A DNA stretch of 64,000 nucleotides from Callorhinchus milii (Eukaryota): assembly GCF_018977255.1 (NCBI RefSeq), contig NW_024704745.1:23002001-23066000 (forward strand), read 5' to 3'. Positions within the stretch are counted from its first letter, which is position 1. Each line of letters begins with the position of its first letter. The notes below the pieces were generated by a model that did not search any database, had not been told where the DNA came from, and was given only the letters and a program-made list of their open reading frames with translations. Positions 48,743 to 62,427 of this stretch are shown here, piece after piece. The translations under genes were made by a program, and so were the position numbers.

Positions 48743-51700
48743 TGGAGGTGTGAGCTCTCCAGGGAGGCTTTAACAGAGATATGTGCAAAAATAGAAACTG
48801 ATCTAAAGGTTCACCACTGACTCCAACTACTGACGGTGACTGTGCAAATGACAGCAGCCATTCATTCCCTGAGCTCAATCTAAAGAGTACAAGGTGATTT
48901 CTCTGCCATTATACAAAATGCCATGTCGACCAGTGTTCAAGCAGTGATTGATCCACTGTTCCAGTCTACTTCCAGTTTAATTCACATTCACACAATTGCA
49001 AGAATTTGATGTCATTGCTGACATTTTCAGAATTACGCATGAAGAGACAGGAACCAACATATATTCTGATGCTGCAGATCAATTCTAATGCAATTCATTC
49101 CCTCAATATTTGGGTGGTCTGCAAACTTCCAAGTGAATGACCAGAACCGAGATTCGTTTCTTGAACCATATCTAGTCTATTCAGGGCTGTTTGTGCTGGA
49201 TAACTAACTGCAGTCATGGCCTTTGGGGAATCAGTTTTGGTCAGAAATCACAATCCATAATACTATCAAACAACCCAGCAAAACATAGGTATAACTTTGC
49301 ACACAATGTAAAGTGAATCTAGTGATATAAAAAGTATTATTTGTTCTCAAACTGAAATTTTGAATCTTTAATGTTTTGGTTTTGTAATGCAACTCAATGT
49401 TTGATTGATATTCTGTATGCTCAGTACCCAGTTCCTTGAAATTGCCCCATCCTGTGGTTATGGGAAACATCACCCCATGTCAACTGAGATGCACCAACAT
49501 TGTCACTGGTGGTTTGATACAACTTCATTCTCACTCATTGCTTGCTAAGGAATTGTCATTAATTTGTCCATATTTTCTGCTCATTTCCCATGAATTTATA
49601 TTCAGCCTCAGGATAACCAATACGTTGGCAAGAGGGAACAGGTGAGCCTCTTACCTCTATATTGTACATCCATTTAGGATGCTGCAAACCAATCCATTGA
49701 ATAATAATAATCCTTGCATTTGTTCTTTTATTACCGCTTACATTTACAAGATAAATCTGTAATCCAGCACCTGCCAAGTTATATAAAGGTAGATCATTCA
49801 GTTTCCAAGCAACCTTGTTTACTTTAGTTTGTATTTCAATCATTTGTGTAAGCAAGGTAAATTCTTGTATTTAGTAGGTTTATTTTTGTATGATATAGCA
49901 AATACAACACAGCTGCCTTCTAAAGTGATGATGGATAGCGTCAGTGACCAAACACAGTATTTGATAACATCACATCACCATCAGGGTGACTTGAATATCC
50001 AGATGAAGAAGCAGGGAAACACAATGAGCACATGACATCACAGATACAACAGAACAATTAACTCCATATTCTGTGGGTCAAACAGAAAATAAAATAACAC
50101 AGTCTGATAAAGGTCTTCACAGATTGAAGGATAGATTTTCTTAAAAAATACAAAGGCATAAAGATCACGCGTGAATTATAAAACATGTAAAACTTGTTGT
50201 ATTACTGTTGGGAAATGAAAAGCTATGCAGGGACGAGGGATTATGAGAAATGAAATGATGAATTCAACAACAATTTACATTTATATATCATCTGTCAGGA
50301 GGACATCTCAAAGCACTTACACTACATAAAATTTAAACGTATAAACCTCTGACCATGCCGACTGGGATCTAACCTGAACTGATTTAGTGATATAGCCCAG
50401 CATCCTGTTTCCCTTGCTTATTGCTGCCTCCCACTGTTTTGACAGTGACCATTGAGTCAACTAACACTCCTCAATCTCTTTCAGTTCCCCCCTTAGCAAG
50501 TTATATCTCATCCAGTACTTGTTTCTTATTATTTTTATTTCCTATATATAATACATTGTATTTATCATTTATTTGCTACTTATCAGCCCATGTACATACC
50601 CTATCAAGCTTTGTTTGTAGGGTCTTTGCTGCTTTCAGAGTTCCCCCAACTTAGTATCATCTGCAAATTTAATTATCTTACACTGGGTCTGCAAATAAAT
50701 TAGTAACCTTCGATGGTTACTGGACAAAGTGTAGCATAGAGACACCATAATCTGGAATATAATAGGAATAATGTATCAGGGATTCACCAAAACCCCAAAG
50801 TGCTTATAGAACCATACTCAAGCAAAAGCCATTTGTTTGACTTACGAAACAAGTGAAAGTGGGAATAAATTGAAGAGAAAGGTGCAAATCAAAATATATC
50901 ATATGGTAATAAATAAGTTGTAAACTAATGCGATGACTAAATGCACAAAATACTTTGCCTACAATCACTATTGATGCAAAGATGTGTCAAATCGAAATTT
51001 ATAAAACTGAAAAGTAATAACCCAGCAGAAAAGCAAAAATCTATACAGAATATATTTCATGTATCAAGCTACATGATAGTCAAAAGCAGCTTATCCTCAT
51101 TTTTCTGAAGGTAGATGCCAAAAGAACCATTATAAATTAAGAAAAAAAATATTTTTCATGATGTTAGATCATAATGATATATTTCATATTGTACTGATCT
51201 GAAAAAACACACCTTCAACTGGTACTTTCAGCATTTAGGCCAGGGATGTTTTTATACATTCGTTCAAATATATCAGCAGTAATATTTAGCATCCAGTGAA
51301 CACATTCATTGACACTGATCAGTAAAAATTGAATAAAATTAATCTTGAGGCATAAATGTTTCATGTTTCCTTTATGTTATTAGTTTGTGCCAACAGAGGA
51401 CTGTAAGTGAAGAGCCAGAACACTTTCATATTTTCATTATTCACTCAAACCCACATCTTTATGGAATGCATTATGTAATTAGGGATAGCATGTTAATTAT
51501 ACTGCTAATTACAGCTAATTTACATATAAAAATAAAACACTAATTATGTCATGTGTAAATTTGGTAATTAGTAACTAGACTTTCCTCCATTACTCCAAAA
51601 GCATAAATGCAAGTTAGCGGGGATATTCTTTATGTGGTTAATATTATCTTAAAATACAATTAGAAAAGAACAAATAACACAGCAAATGTCCATCAAACAG

Positions 51701-51744
51701 CCAGGTACATGAAAAGAGTAATCAATTTAATTGTAAGGTTGTTA

Positions 51745-51942
51745 GGAAGTTCACAGGGAGAAACTTCCTTCCCAAACAGCACCATGGAATCTTTAACGTC
51801 TACCTGAACAGGCAGATGTTACCTCAGTTTAATGTCTCAACCAAAGGATAGCACCTCCAATAATGCCATTTATAAAGTCTCCATAATTCATAACCTCCTG
51901 ATCTAGAGGCAAAAGTGCTTCCAACTGAGCTGAAATGACACC
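51745..51942 (-). mobile_element. Old DeuSINE, partial
   Basis: ccatggaatctttaacgtctacctgaacaggcaga...cctcagtttaatgtctca...ccaactgagc. Confidence 0.75.
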
Positions 51943-53837
51943 ACGGTCAAGCAGGTGCATCATTAGATGATGGGAAAGTAAATGCACTAGAATGATGACC
52001 TCTGGTGGGCTGAATAGCTTTTCCCTAACCCCAAGGTTTTTTAAGAAACTGAAAATCTACTTATGAATTGGGAAATTGGAAAGGTAAGATTTTAAATAAT
52101 TTTATAGTAGCTTACTCATTAAGTTTACCTCATTTTTTTCCATTCCACAGTACAGATGACAAAAAAGTGCATCCTAAATGGTATCCTCTCCTGCAATCTA
52201 TAACTAAAATGTTTTATTCTTTCTGCTCATAATAGAGTTAAAAAGGGAGAATAGATCCAAAAGTAATTGCTGTTGTTATTTTTAAGCAGTACTTCTAAAT
52301 TAAAATACACAAGATAAAAAGGACAGAAGGAAAAATTAATGCAATGATTAAATAATACATGACACAATAACAAAATATTGAATCAATTAATATTGTATAT
52401 AAATCTGAACTAGTAAAGCTTGGTTCCTTAAAAATGCAGTACAACAAACCACTTTGTTTCTTAAAACGTTGCCAATCATTTCAATACTCGTTCCTACAAA
52501 AATGTACTAAATGGGAGCTAGCTGTTTTTTAGTTAGCACAGGCTTCCTATTGTATGATCTCAGTAGTTGACCTTGAGACCAGATAATCTTAAATGGGTCT
52601 TCAGTAGCAGAATGACTCACTGAAAGCTTATTTCTATTTTTGCCTTGTTCAATAGCCAGTAGACAACGACTATTAAAATCGTTTTTTTACTGATTTTCAA
52701 TGATAAATGCTTGTTGTTTGGGTTGCAGTAAATAGGTAAAACACAATTTTCACCTGAATTTCATTTTTAAAAACTGAATTTGCTGATTTATTTTGGAATC
52801 CGTGATAGTGTTCCAACATCCCTAAAGTTGCCTCACTGTGCTGGGAATGCACACACAATGAGATTCATGTACAAGTAAACTGGTTCCAGGTGTATGCATC
52901 CCAAAACCTGCCTCACTGAAGTGCCAGTTCCAGGAATACTGTGATACCCGAACAGATTAAACTGGTACAGGAATGTGCGCTCATCTTACTGTGTGTGCCA
53001 TGAAACCAATGCTGTATATACGAAATTTACCTGGGGGGTGTTAATTTCCCCCACCTCACATTTTTTGACAGAAATCATCCTGGAAAATACCTGTTATTTT
53101 ATTTTGTGAATAAAAACTAACGTCAATGGTCCTTATCCTTGGGATGCGAGCTATGTTGCTGAGTAGGATGCTTATATAAAATGCTGGAAATGATGGGTCA
53201 GTTTTTGACTTATTGAGCATCTGCTACATCTGTGTTCAACATTTATTGAAGCATCAGTTATCATAAATTTACATTGATGACCCTCTTTCAATTATTGACT
53301 ATAGCTTGGGATATTGCTCTCAATTTAACATTTGTTTTGGGCCTCTGATCTTGGTTCAAACGTCTAATTATGTTTGATATTTTGAAGTAATATCAAAAAA
53401 GTATGATATTTTTAATTTTTGATATGTTTCATCAACTTGGATACCAGATAATTTTGGGTATCGTTCCATTTAAACAAATTTAACTTTTATAAAATATTTA
53501 AAATAAATCTTTGCACCAACTAAATTATAATCAAAATCCTGAAACATAATCCTCATGGCACATCATAGTATTTTGCCACCATAAATAATTGACTCTTCCC
53601 TCTTCTTATATAAGTCCAATGCATATTTGTGAATATGTGCATGTATTTATCTCCACAATAAATAAAAATGCTGTCAGATTATCTTTTTAGCCAACTAATC
53701 TGCAGGAGTCCTCACCAACTCTTCAAAAAAACAATGAGCAGTTCTTTGGAGATATATTTACATATGATTTGAATATAGTCAAAACAGGAAACCAAGACAT
53801 AACACTGCAATTCCTAGCATCACAATAATACCGAATT

Positions 53838-53980
53838 ACAACAACTTATATTTATAAAGGAACCTTCACATTGGTTAACGTCCCAGAGCACTTTACAATG
53901 GCAGGGTCGGACACTGAGTGTCCAACCCTGGTGGGAAAAGGGAGTTGACAATAGATGCATTCAAAGAGGTAGATTTTAAA
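53838..53980 (-). mobile_element. L2 3' tail fragment
   Basis: caacaacttatatttata...ccttcacattggttaacgtcccagagcac...tcaaagaggtagattttaa. Confidence 0.55.
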
Positions 53981-54924
53981 TTGGGACGAGTCAAGCTGGC
54001 CAGTCTATGATCACCAATGCCTTGGAGTACTGTGGACCTGCCTAGGTTAGGGACTGGAACACTAAGACCATCACAGAGGATGGACTAGATTCCAATATTC
54101 ATTGACGTGTGCATCATTGGAGCTAACTAAAGACATTTTCTGTTTTCTGTTTTATTATCAGTTTCTTTTAATCACTCCCATATCAATAAAAACTTGTGTT
54201 TTATGGTAAGTAAAGCACCTATTATAGCCTCCTCAACATTGAACCTTATGCTGAATTTATGCTATTGGGACAATTCATTAATGCTTCCAATAGCTAGAAG
54301 TTGGAAACAGGATATGCACTTATAGCACATGCAAAACAATCTAAATAAATGATATATGCAGAGTATAAATAAACCATTCATTTCTTGCTTAAAATAGCTC
54401 CCCGTTGTGATTTTTGATTTAATTTGTTAGATCAGACTCCTATTGGCCTTATGAAATTACTAATTTAATGTCCATTCACATAAAATTATGGGCAGTTGCC
54501 TTGCCAGCCCACACTTCACATTAACTAGATTGAGACTCATTTCAGTTAAACCATTAAAGCCAACAGACTTTTATCACATCAACTGAAGTGTACAATCCCA
54601 TTGCACCATTCACTCCACATGTCTATTATTTGATGTACTGTATAAGTTTTTTTTAAAAAAATCTATATTATGGGTATCTAGGTGTTCAGCTTTTTTGCTG
54701 AGTAGAAAGCCAAATTTTGTATGACACACCAGCATTGCATCAGTACAGAGAAAAATGCTTTTTCTCCATACACAAAATGTTACCTGCAGGATTTTAAATT
54801 TGCAGCTAGCACTAGATGACAACTTGTCTTCCCGAAAGCTCTTGCGCTGTATTTAGAGTGAGGATATGACAAATTAAACTATCAGTGTATATAGAGAAAG
54901 CTATGAATTGTGTAACATATTTAT

Positions 54925-55325
54925 AATAATCTTTGTGTGTGATATAGCACCGTTCACGTGGTGAGGAGTTCTAGAAGTATTTCACAGGATTTACCGTAAA
55001 GTACAATAACTGTGTATTTTGTAGCTTCTAATTTATGCATAGCAATATACCACAAAAAAGGGAATGACCAATTTTATTTGGGAGATTGTTGACCAGGACA
55101 CCAGGATAAACTCCGTTCTCTTTTCAAACAGTGCCGTGGGATCCACCTGAACATAATGTGACCACAGTTTGAAATCTCATCTGAAGGATAGCACTTACTA
55201 CAATATAGCATTCCCCCCAGCAATACAGTCAGTCCAAACTATGCGAGTTCGAAGGCCCGATGAGGGACGTAAACCTACAAACTTCTGACTCAAAAGCAAT
55301 AACTCATGTAGTCTAAGCTGATACT
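54925..55325 (-). mobile_element. Old DeuSINE
   Basis: Tail, core ccaggacacc...atccacctgaac...atctcatctgaagga, and head. Confidence 0.75.
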
Positions 55326-55636
55326 CCAAGGAGGTGTGCTACATTGTTGGAGGTTTAATCCTTTGAATGAAACATTAAACCAAAGTCCCGTCTGCATGTT
55401 CAGGTGGACGATAAAGAAACTGTGGTGCTAATCGAAAAGAGAAGGGAGCTTCTCTTGATGTCCTGGCCATTAGTCTCCAATTGGTCATCGACTTCCTGGC
55501 TGTTTGTGGGACATTGATATGCGCAAATTGACTGCCATGTTCACTTACAGTCACTACACTTCACAGTAAATCCTGTGAAGCACTTTGACAGTCTTCCCAA
55601 TGTGAATGGTGCTATATCAAATGTAAGGATCATTAT
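55326..55636 (+). mobile_element. Old DeuSINE, headless, divergent from the previous copy
   Basis: ttaaaccaaagtcccgtctgcatgttcaggtggacg...ctgtttgtgggacattg...atcaaatgtaaggatcatta. Confidence 0.8.
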
Positions 55637-57829
55637 CAAAAATGTCGTGCTTATAAACGGTTTTAAACAGTTGGAAAATAACTCCATTAACTATATCTTT
55701 ACATTGTATCTGTCTATCCTTACAAGTAGTTAAACAAACCTCTGATAGAAATACTGCAAAATTATCCACAAAAATATCATCAGTTCTTGTTTGAAAAATG
55801 TGCTTATTTTCCCTTTACAAGGACATTGACCAGCACTCAGTCATTTTACTCTCCGTGTAGAAAGATCCCGACTTCTCTGTACAATGACTATGAAGAGGTT
55901 TTAAGTTATAGTCAGTTTTCTTTCTTCCAGAATTGAGCGGTTTATAGTATTATAAAATGGTAAAATCAACATGGACAAAATATGCTGGCTGAAACACAAA
56001 GGGTAAGGCAGATTCAAACCCATAAGCCCGTCAAGAGGCAAACACTAGTCCAGCTGTACTAATAACTTCCTTAGTTATGAACACCATGTAAAAAGTAAAA
56101 AGCAAAACCAGGACTGTAGCATAGAGATTTCAAAGTCTTGTTACAGATCCTAATTTAAAAACATTAGTTATACTTGATCACTACGGATCACAGCATTTAA
56201 TTGTAAATTTTAACACCGACATATTTGGAGGTCTTTCCTTTGTTACATAAAATAAAATGTTTTCTGGCATACTTTGTTTTATTTGTAATTATGCTTCTCC
56301 TTCTTCCCAGGTTACATACAAGTGGAGGCAATTCTTATCTCAGGGACAAGGTGTCAAACACATTCTTGCAGCTTTGTGGTTTGTACAAACACACAAAAGT
56401 CAATCCCTGTTAATTGCTTCTGAAAATCTTGAGATCGGGAGCAAGCAAAAGTGGAGGAAAACTGAATTAATTTTGCACCCTTTTCTCCCAACATTTTAGA
56501 TCATTTCATGAAAACAAATATGATCACTTAGACTTAGACACATTGGTGAGTGCACCAAGAGCATCTTTCTTGTAACTGCAAATAAGCTATTCTAAAATTA
56601 CAATCTTTGAAAAAAAGTAAGCCATTTTATAGTAACAATGACTGTGGCTTTCTCCTCAATGTGTGCAAAAAAAAAAGCAGAAACATTTAAACACAACCAT
56701 GGTACACTTTGAAGACAGCTTTACTCCTATAGTTTCCGACTTTTCTGAAGTAGTAAGGATCATTATAACTATTTTTGACAATAGACAATGCTGTCACAAG
56801 GTTTTTATCCAGAGTACTGAAATGCAATTTAATTTTATACTAATTGGATAAACAGATTACGCGTATTTCTAACACTGGAATATTCCAAAATTCAATTAGA
56901 AAATCCAGAACTTTTTTCATAATTTTATTAGCTATATTTATGAATGAATTAATAATTTATAATGTTGGTGCATTTATAGTGCAAAATTGCTACTGAAGTC
57001 TTAAAAAGTTAAGGAAAAATTCAGACTGGAGTTCTTTCTGAAGGAAAGAAAACATCGCTGTAAGTAACCAATCTCAGATTCAACTTAAAGGCATTTTGAA
57101 TAATCTTAGTTGTACAATAATTTTCATCATCAGTACAATTTGTTTCTCCTCGACACAGGTTAACTCTGTGTAAGATCTACAGTCACCAACAGTATCTGTT
57201 GGTAATAGGTGTGTATTTGAAGATAAAAAGGATGAAATTATTTGACTTTTAATCACTCCTCCAAAAAGCCTCATTAAGATGCTCTGTGCAGTTTTTCTAG
57301 CACAGTATTTGCTCTATTCCAATCCCACCCTACCTCGATCCAAATGACATCATTTTATCTTTTAAAAGAGTAGTGTTTTAGCTCAAGTATGCATCCCTAA
57401 TGATTTTCTTCCCTTGCACATACCAGGCCTGAATGCCAAGTAACCCTTCATTATATCAAATCCCAGAAGAAAAGGAACCCTTTTGTACTGAGTAGACACT
57501 ATTTAATGAGAAATGAGAGTGCCCTCTCTCTACCCGACCCCCTATAACATGAAATAGGAAACGAACCACCAACCTTGAGCAATCTAAGATAGGATTAATA
57601 GTAAATGTATGTAGGTTACTGCAGATGAAAGTAATCTAAAAATGTTTATGATCTGATGCATCATATATATCTTTAATTTCAAACCTCCTATAAATATTTT
57701 CAAATCCCAAATAAATGTGGACACTCAGTAAAGCTGCATTATATCCATACTTGCATATAGTGGCATACTTTTCTTTCTAAAATTATTTGATATAAAACTC
57801 TTCCTGTATCCATTCTGTCAGCTTTGTAT

Positions 57830-58470
57830 TGTAAATGGCAGGTTGTTCATTACTGTGCAGCCAGTGCTCGGTACTAGTCATTCTTGCCAATTCACAAACA
57901 AATCTGCAAGCTGCATTCATGTTTGAACAGCAGCTGTGCCATCAGCAAATTAAAATCAATTGAAATCTATTTAGCAATGGTTAAAGAGGCTCCCACCCCA
58001 CCGCTGCTCATTCACTGTGCCAACAGCTCAGTGATGAAACAGGTGCTTGTAAATTAATTAGCCTGATGAAACACACCTAAAATGATTTTCCCAGAACACT
58101 CTGGCAAGAAGCCATCTTGGTCCCAGGAGCTGATCAGCATTCTGTAAATATTGAGATTTGATAAAGTAAACGCTGCTCTGGCAGCAGATGGTTTAGAATG
58201 TTCTGTTGACATCATCCTGATTACTTGGATATGAAGACTTTACCCCCCTCAGCCCCTCTGGGAGCTGCTGAAGGACTTGATCCCCTCTACAGTTATTTGC
58301 CTTCTAATTGAAAACCCTCATTCCCAGATGCAGCATAATGCTACTGCTCTAAGTATCCGGCTTTGCGCTGCTTGCCTGCTGATACGCGGGTAATTGATTT
58401 TGGTAATGCAGGTTAAATGTGACACACAGTGTTTAATGAAAATTACTGTGGCCATCATCATTTATCATTT
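57830..58470. promoter_or_regulatory. Candidate conserved non-coding element or enhancer
   Basis: Repeat-free block with E-boxes (CAGCTG, CAGGTG, CAGATG), TAATTA and forkhead-like GTAAATA/GTAAAC. Confidence 0.35.
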
Positions 58471-58732
58471 TTACACTTCTAGCTGTCACATTTGCAGTTG
58501 TGTACAACTCACTTGCAGATTGGACATAGTTCATCAAAGTTCCTATTGGTGTTGCAGCAGAAATGGTTTCCCATTTTAAATCCTTAAAAAAATACTGCAC
58601 AGAGTTGATACTAAACATTCACTTTGGTATTTCAGACAACAACAGAAGTTTCATTCTAACGAAATGAAGTTTGAGCTCAGAATGCACAGAGTCCAAATAA
58701 ATACTTGGGTAGAATACCTATGCCATTGAAAA

Positions 58733-58842
58733 TGATAATAATCCTTGGATTTGATATAGTACCTTATCACGTCTTGGAGACATCTCAAACACTTCACAGA
58801 ATATACTGTAAAGTGAATTGAGTGTATATTTTGTGGGTGAAA
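58733..58842 (-). mobile_element. SINE 3' fragment
   Basis: (AAT)n ccttggatttgatatag...cttcacagaatatactgtaaagtgaattga. Confidence 0.75.
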
Positions 58843-59649
58843 TGTGAATTCTTAAGCTACATTTTTACCAGAAATGCAAGCAATTAGACAAATCGATTTA
58901 GGGTACACAGGAATATGGATGAGGATCAGGAAAGTAAAGCCAGTGGGAAGATGGATACTCAAAATGAGAAAGTAAATGAAGCAAGTGATGAGATACGGAT
59001 CTGAGAGTGAAATGTTTGACAACAGTAAACTGATTGCAGTTAAAGCTATAGTGTGAAACTATTGACTCGAGGGTTAAGGGGTGGCTGAGTGTGTTATAAT
59101 GCCCACCTTATAACCCGCCAAAACTGCAGTTAATATTTGTTTGATTATACCCTTGGGTAAACAGATTGCATAATTAGAAATTTTTCACAGTTTCTTCCCC
59201 CCACCTCGATAGCCTTTACTTGATGATGTCAGCAGGCAGCCGCTCTCTGTTCTGCTGCCTGCAGAGCTCACTGTCTGAAGTTTATTGCTAGTATTTTAAC
59301 TAGTATTGAGCAACTGTAAAAAATATTTTCTTACACATCAAAGCTGTTATCATTTACAATAATTGAAACAATTTACATTTATGTAGTGCCTTTTACGCGC
59401 TTCACAGAACTCCCTAAAGGGGTCGGTGATGGTGGGGGGTGGATTGGAGTAGAAGGTTGCCAAATTTTTACGTCAGTGTGGTTTGAAGTCCAGCAATAAA
59501 TTGTATATGATACGTCATACGCCAAACGGAATGCACTCTGCTCCTTGTGTAAACGCCTGTGTATAAAGTGAATCCTAGTTCCTCTTAATTAAGTCGTCAA
59601 CAACCAATGAATATGATTGGATGCTAATTCCAGAATTAATAAACCCATT

Positions 59650-59883
59650 AATTCAACCCACCATTGGTGGGTGAGCCTTCAGCTATTCTGACCCCATTCT
59701 CTGGAACCTAATCCCAGATGCTCCCAATTCCCCCCACCTTCAAAGTCTATTTTAAGACATTTTGCTTCAACTGTGTTTTCATCCGCTTCCCCCCCACCTC
59801 TCCAGCTTGGGCTCCCAGTTGTGAGAAGCACTTTAAGATATCCGCCCAACATGAAAGGCACTATATAAATGTGGATTGTTGCT
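59650..59883 (+). mobile_element. L2 3' fragment
   Basis: cccaccattggtgggtgagccttcagc...ctctggaac...catgaaaggcactatataaatg. Confidence 0.8.
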
Positions 59884-60249
59884 GTGTTTCAGACCATTGA
59901 TGAACAAAAATGATTCATTGAGCATTTGACACCAAAATATTTTGGTGAAATTCAGCAATAACTGAAACATATACCCGTTCACTTCTGTAAAAAACTGCAT
60001 TCCTCATAAATTCTTGCAACTACTTAAAAACTCTAGAGAAAATGAGTATCTGCCTTAACATAGTGCCTGGACTAATGGTGTGTAAGAATTTCATAACTCT
60101 TATGCCTGCATAATCAATCCCACTGGAATAAAACCCCGATAGCCAGTATATTCAGTGAAACAAGCTAAGAGATAATATTTTTCCCCTTGATTCCTCTTCC
60201 CAGTTACTCTCTCATGCCCAATCCAAGCTATCAGCCTCATTCAAGAGAC

Positions 60250-60495
60250 AAGGACTGTCCAGTCCACAAGTATCACAATGGATGTTATCAACATTGCTCT
60301 TCGGCCAGCCTGCAGGGAACATGTACTAGCAGTTCAGCAAGGAACACTTTGTTCCTCCCCCTCCACACTCCACAGCTGGGACTGACACGTTTCCCCAAGG
60401 GAGGCCCGAGTATGAATGGCAGTCAAGCCTGGCTCTGAACTCCCGGCTTTTGGTTGAAAATCCAGTGCTCCAGTATTGTAGCTACTGGACCACCC
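60250..60495 (-). mobile_element. Distinct tRNA-derived SINE-like relic, single copy in the window
   Basis: The minus strand starts GGTGGTCCAGTAGCTAC (A-box-like) and continues to GGGAGTTCAGAGCC (B-box-like). Confidence 0.4.
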
Positions 60496-62427
60496 AAGAG
60501 AGAGAAAAAAAACTTAGTATGAAAGATCTTTAACAAAGTTATTCATGCATGAGAAACTATTTTTCAGTAAACACTTGTAGTTGTGCTTCCTGAATGCCTC
60601 AAATTATATTCACAGGAAACAATTTAAACAATTTCAGGCATCACATCTCCTTTTAAATTTTCCTGCTCACACAGGACATCTTATTTCCAGCGTGAAAGTG
60701 AAGCAGAAGAGATCATAGATTCTAAAAACATCAAACTCCCAAGTGGAAACATTTCATAAATCCTATTCTGAAAACACTAACAAAAGCTAAAAGAAAAAAG
60801 TCTGTGCTTCAAAAAAAACGGACACAGGTGGCAGGTCCCTTTGTTTTGAGGTGTTTGCAGAACGAAAAAGCGGTCAGCAAAATTCTGCACATTCTCCCTC
60901 TCTATCCACCTCAGTGACCCAGAAAAAAACAGCTGCTGGTAGCCTAATTGGCACATCCCGTGCACAGCACCATCATAGAATGGTAGAGCAAGAACCTGAA
61001 AGAAGTCACATTGTGGCAAGGATGAGCAACCAGGCCATGTTGGACATGTGTTTTTTTAAGGACAATTCCTTTGATATGGTCTGTTTTCCCCAATTTGTTT
61101 CAATACTGGAGTTCATGCCATTTTCCCTAAACCTCCTCATGAAAGAAACAGATTCCAAAGAAAACACTGTGGGAGATTATTTTAGAATACAAGCACTTCA
61201 ACACTCAGTGAAGGTTTCGGAATCCTTCCATATTAAACGTATTAGAGTTCCTTTGTTTTATAAAAATATATGTATAATGAAAGACCAGTTACAATGGTAA
61301 AGCAATGGATTCTAGCCACTGGCTCATATTGCAAATAATATTCATATGACTTCTCTGAAACATGCAACCAATGTCTTTCTAAATGTTGGTTTATTACTGT
61401 TTTAAAAACCCTGTATTCGTAAATAACCAAAAATTAACATTTAACTGTTTCACATTTTAGCAAATCCTGATATTTGTTTTTTGACACCACAAAAGTGCAT
61501 ACATTTCATTTAGGAAAGAGGCAAGATAAGGTAGGAATACTGATAATATTGATAATATAATATTGATAATAATAATAAAGATAAGGCAGGAATATTGTTA
61601 TAATTCTCAGGAACGCTGCTGGAAAAGAAAATAAATATTTTGTTTGAAGCCAGGAAATCTATGAGCACATAAAAATAAATTATGGAAATCTTAAACCAAA
61701 AGTAGCCCTGTCAAATTTTAATTTGATTTGTTTCTGCTGTTTAACAGTTTATCATCATTTTAGCCTGAGTTATTTGAGGACATGCTGTTATGTATTAAAG
61801 CGGCTTTCCCATGTCGCTCTAGAGTGCAAGAAAATCATTCCATTGTTATTACCAGAGAAATATCTGTTAAATCCACTCATGTATTGATTAAGGTTTCTGT
61901 AAATCCTTACAGGCAAACTACAGTGGAAATCTGAGCATTTTGCACAATTTTACTGTGTTATATCAGTATAGTTAAGAGCTAGTGAATAGTCCCTTCGTGC
62001 AGTATTGTTATAGCGACTGATGCTACTGGCAAACTTGGATAGAGATAATTTGCAGTACTACATCCGAGAGTATTGCTGCACATAGTGTAACAGTTTTCTG
62101 GTCATGGGCTTCTCAATATTTTTAAAAGCTTCACGCAATTTGGAAGGGTAAATAAAGTTTCATCCGTTCTTAAATAATGGAACAAAAACATTTAAAAAAA
62201 CTTGTTTGAAAGAAAGGCAGGGGCTTTACATTTAGATTGAACTATATTTTCAGAAGCAAAATTCTAGTCACACACATTATGCTTTTCAGTAGTTGCCTTG
62301 GAATTTAAAGTCCTTTCTTTAAGTTATGAAAATTTAATATATTAATCATCCATTCTTTATTAATAAACATTGCAAATAATCATTTAAATTCACTGCCTAT
62401 TTTATATTTGGCAGAGAAACTCATAAA

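Noticed and set aside
60851-61300. 149-aa ORF in unique sequence
   Set aside because: It has a GTG start, no recognisable domain and no convincing splice donor. One such ORF in 64 kb can arise by chance.
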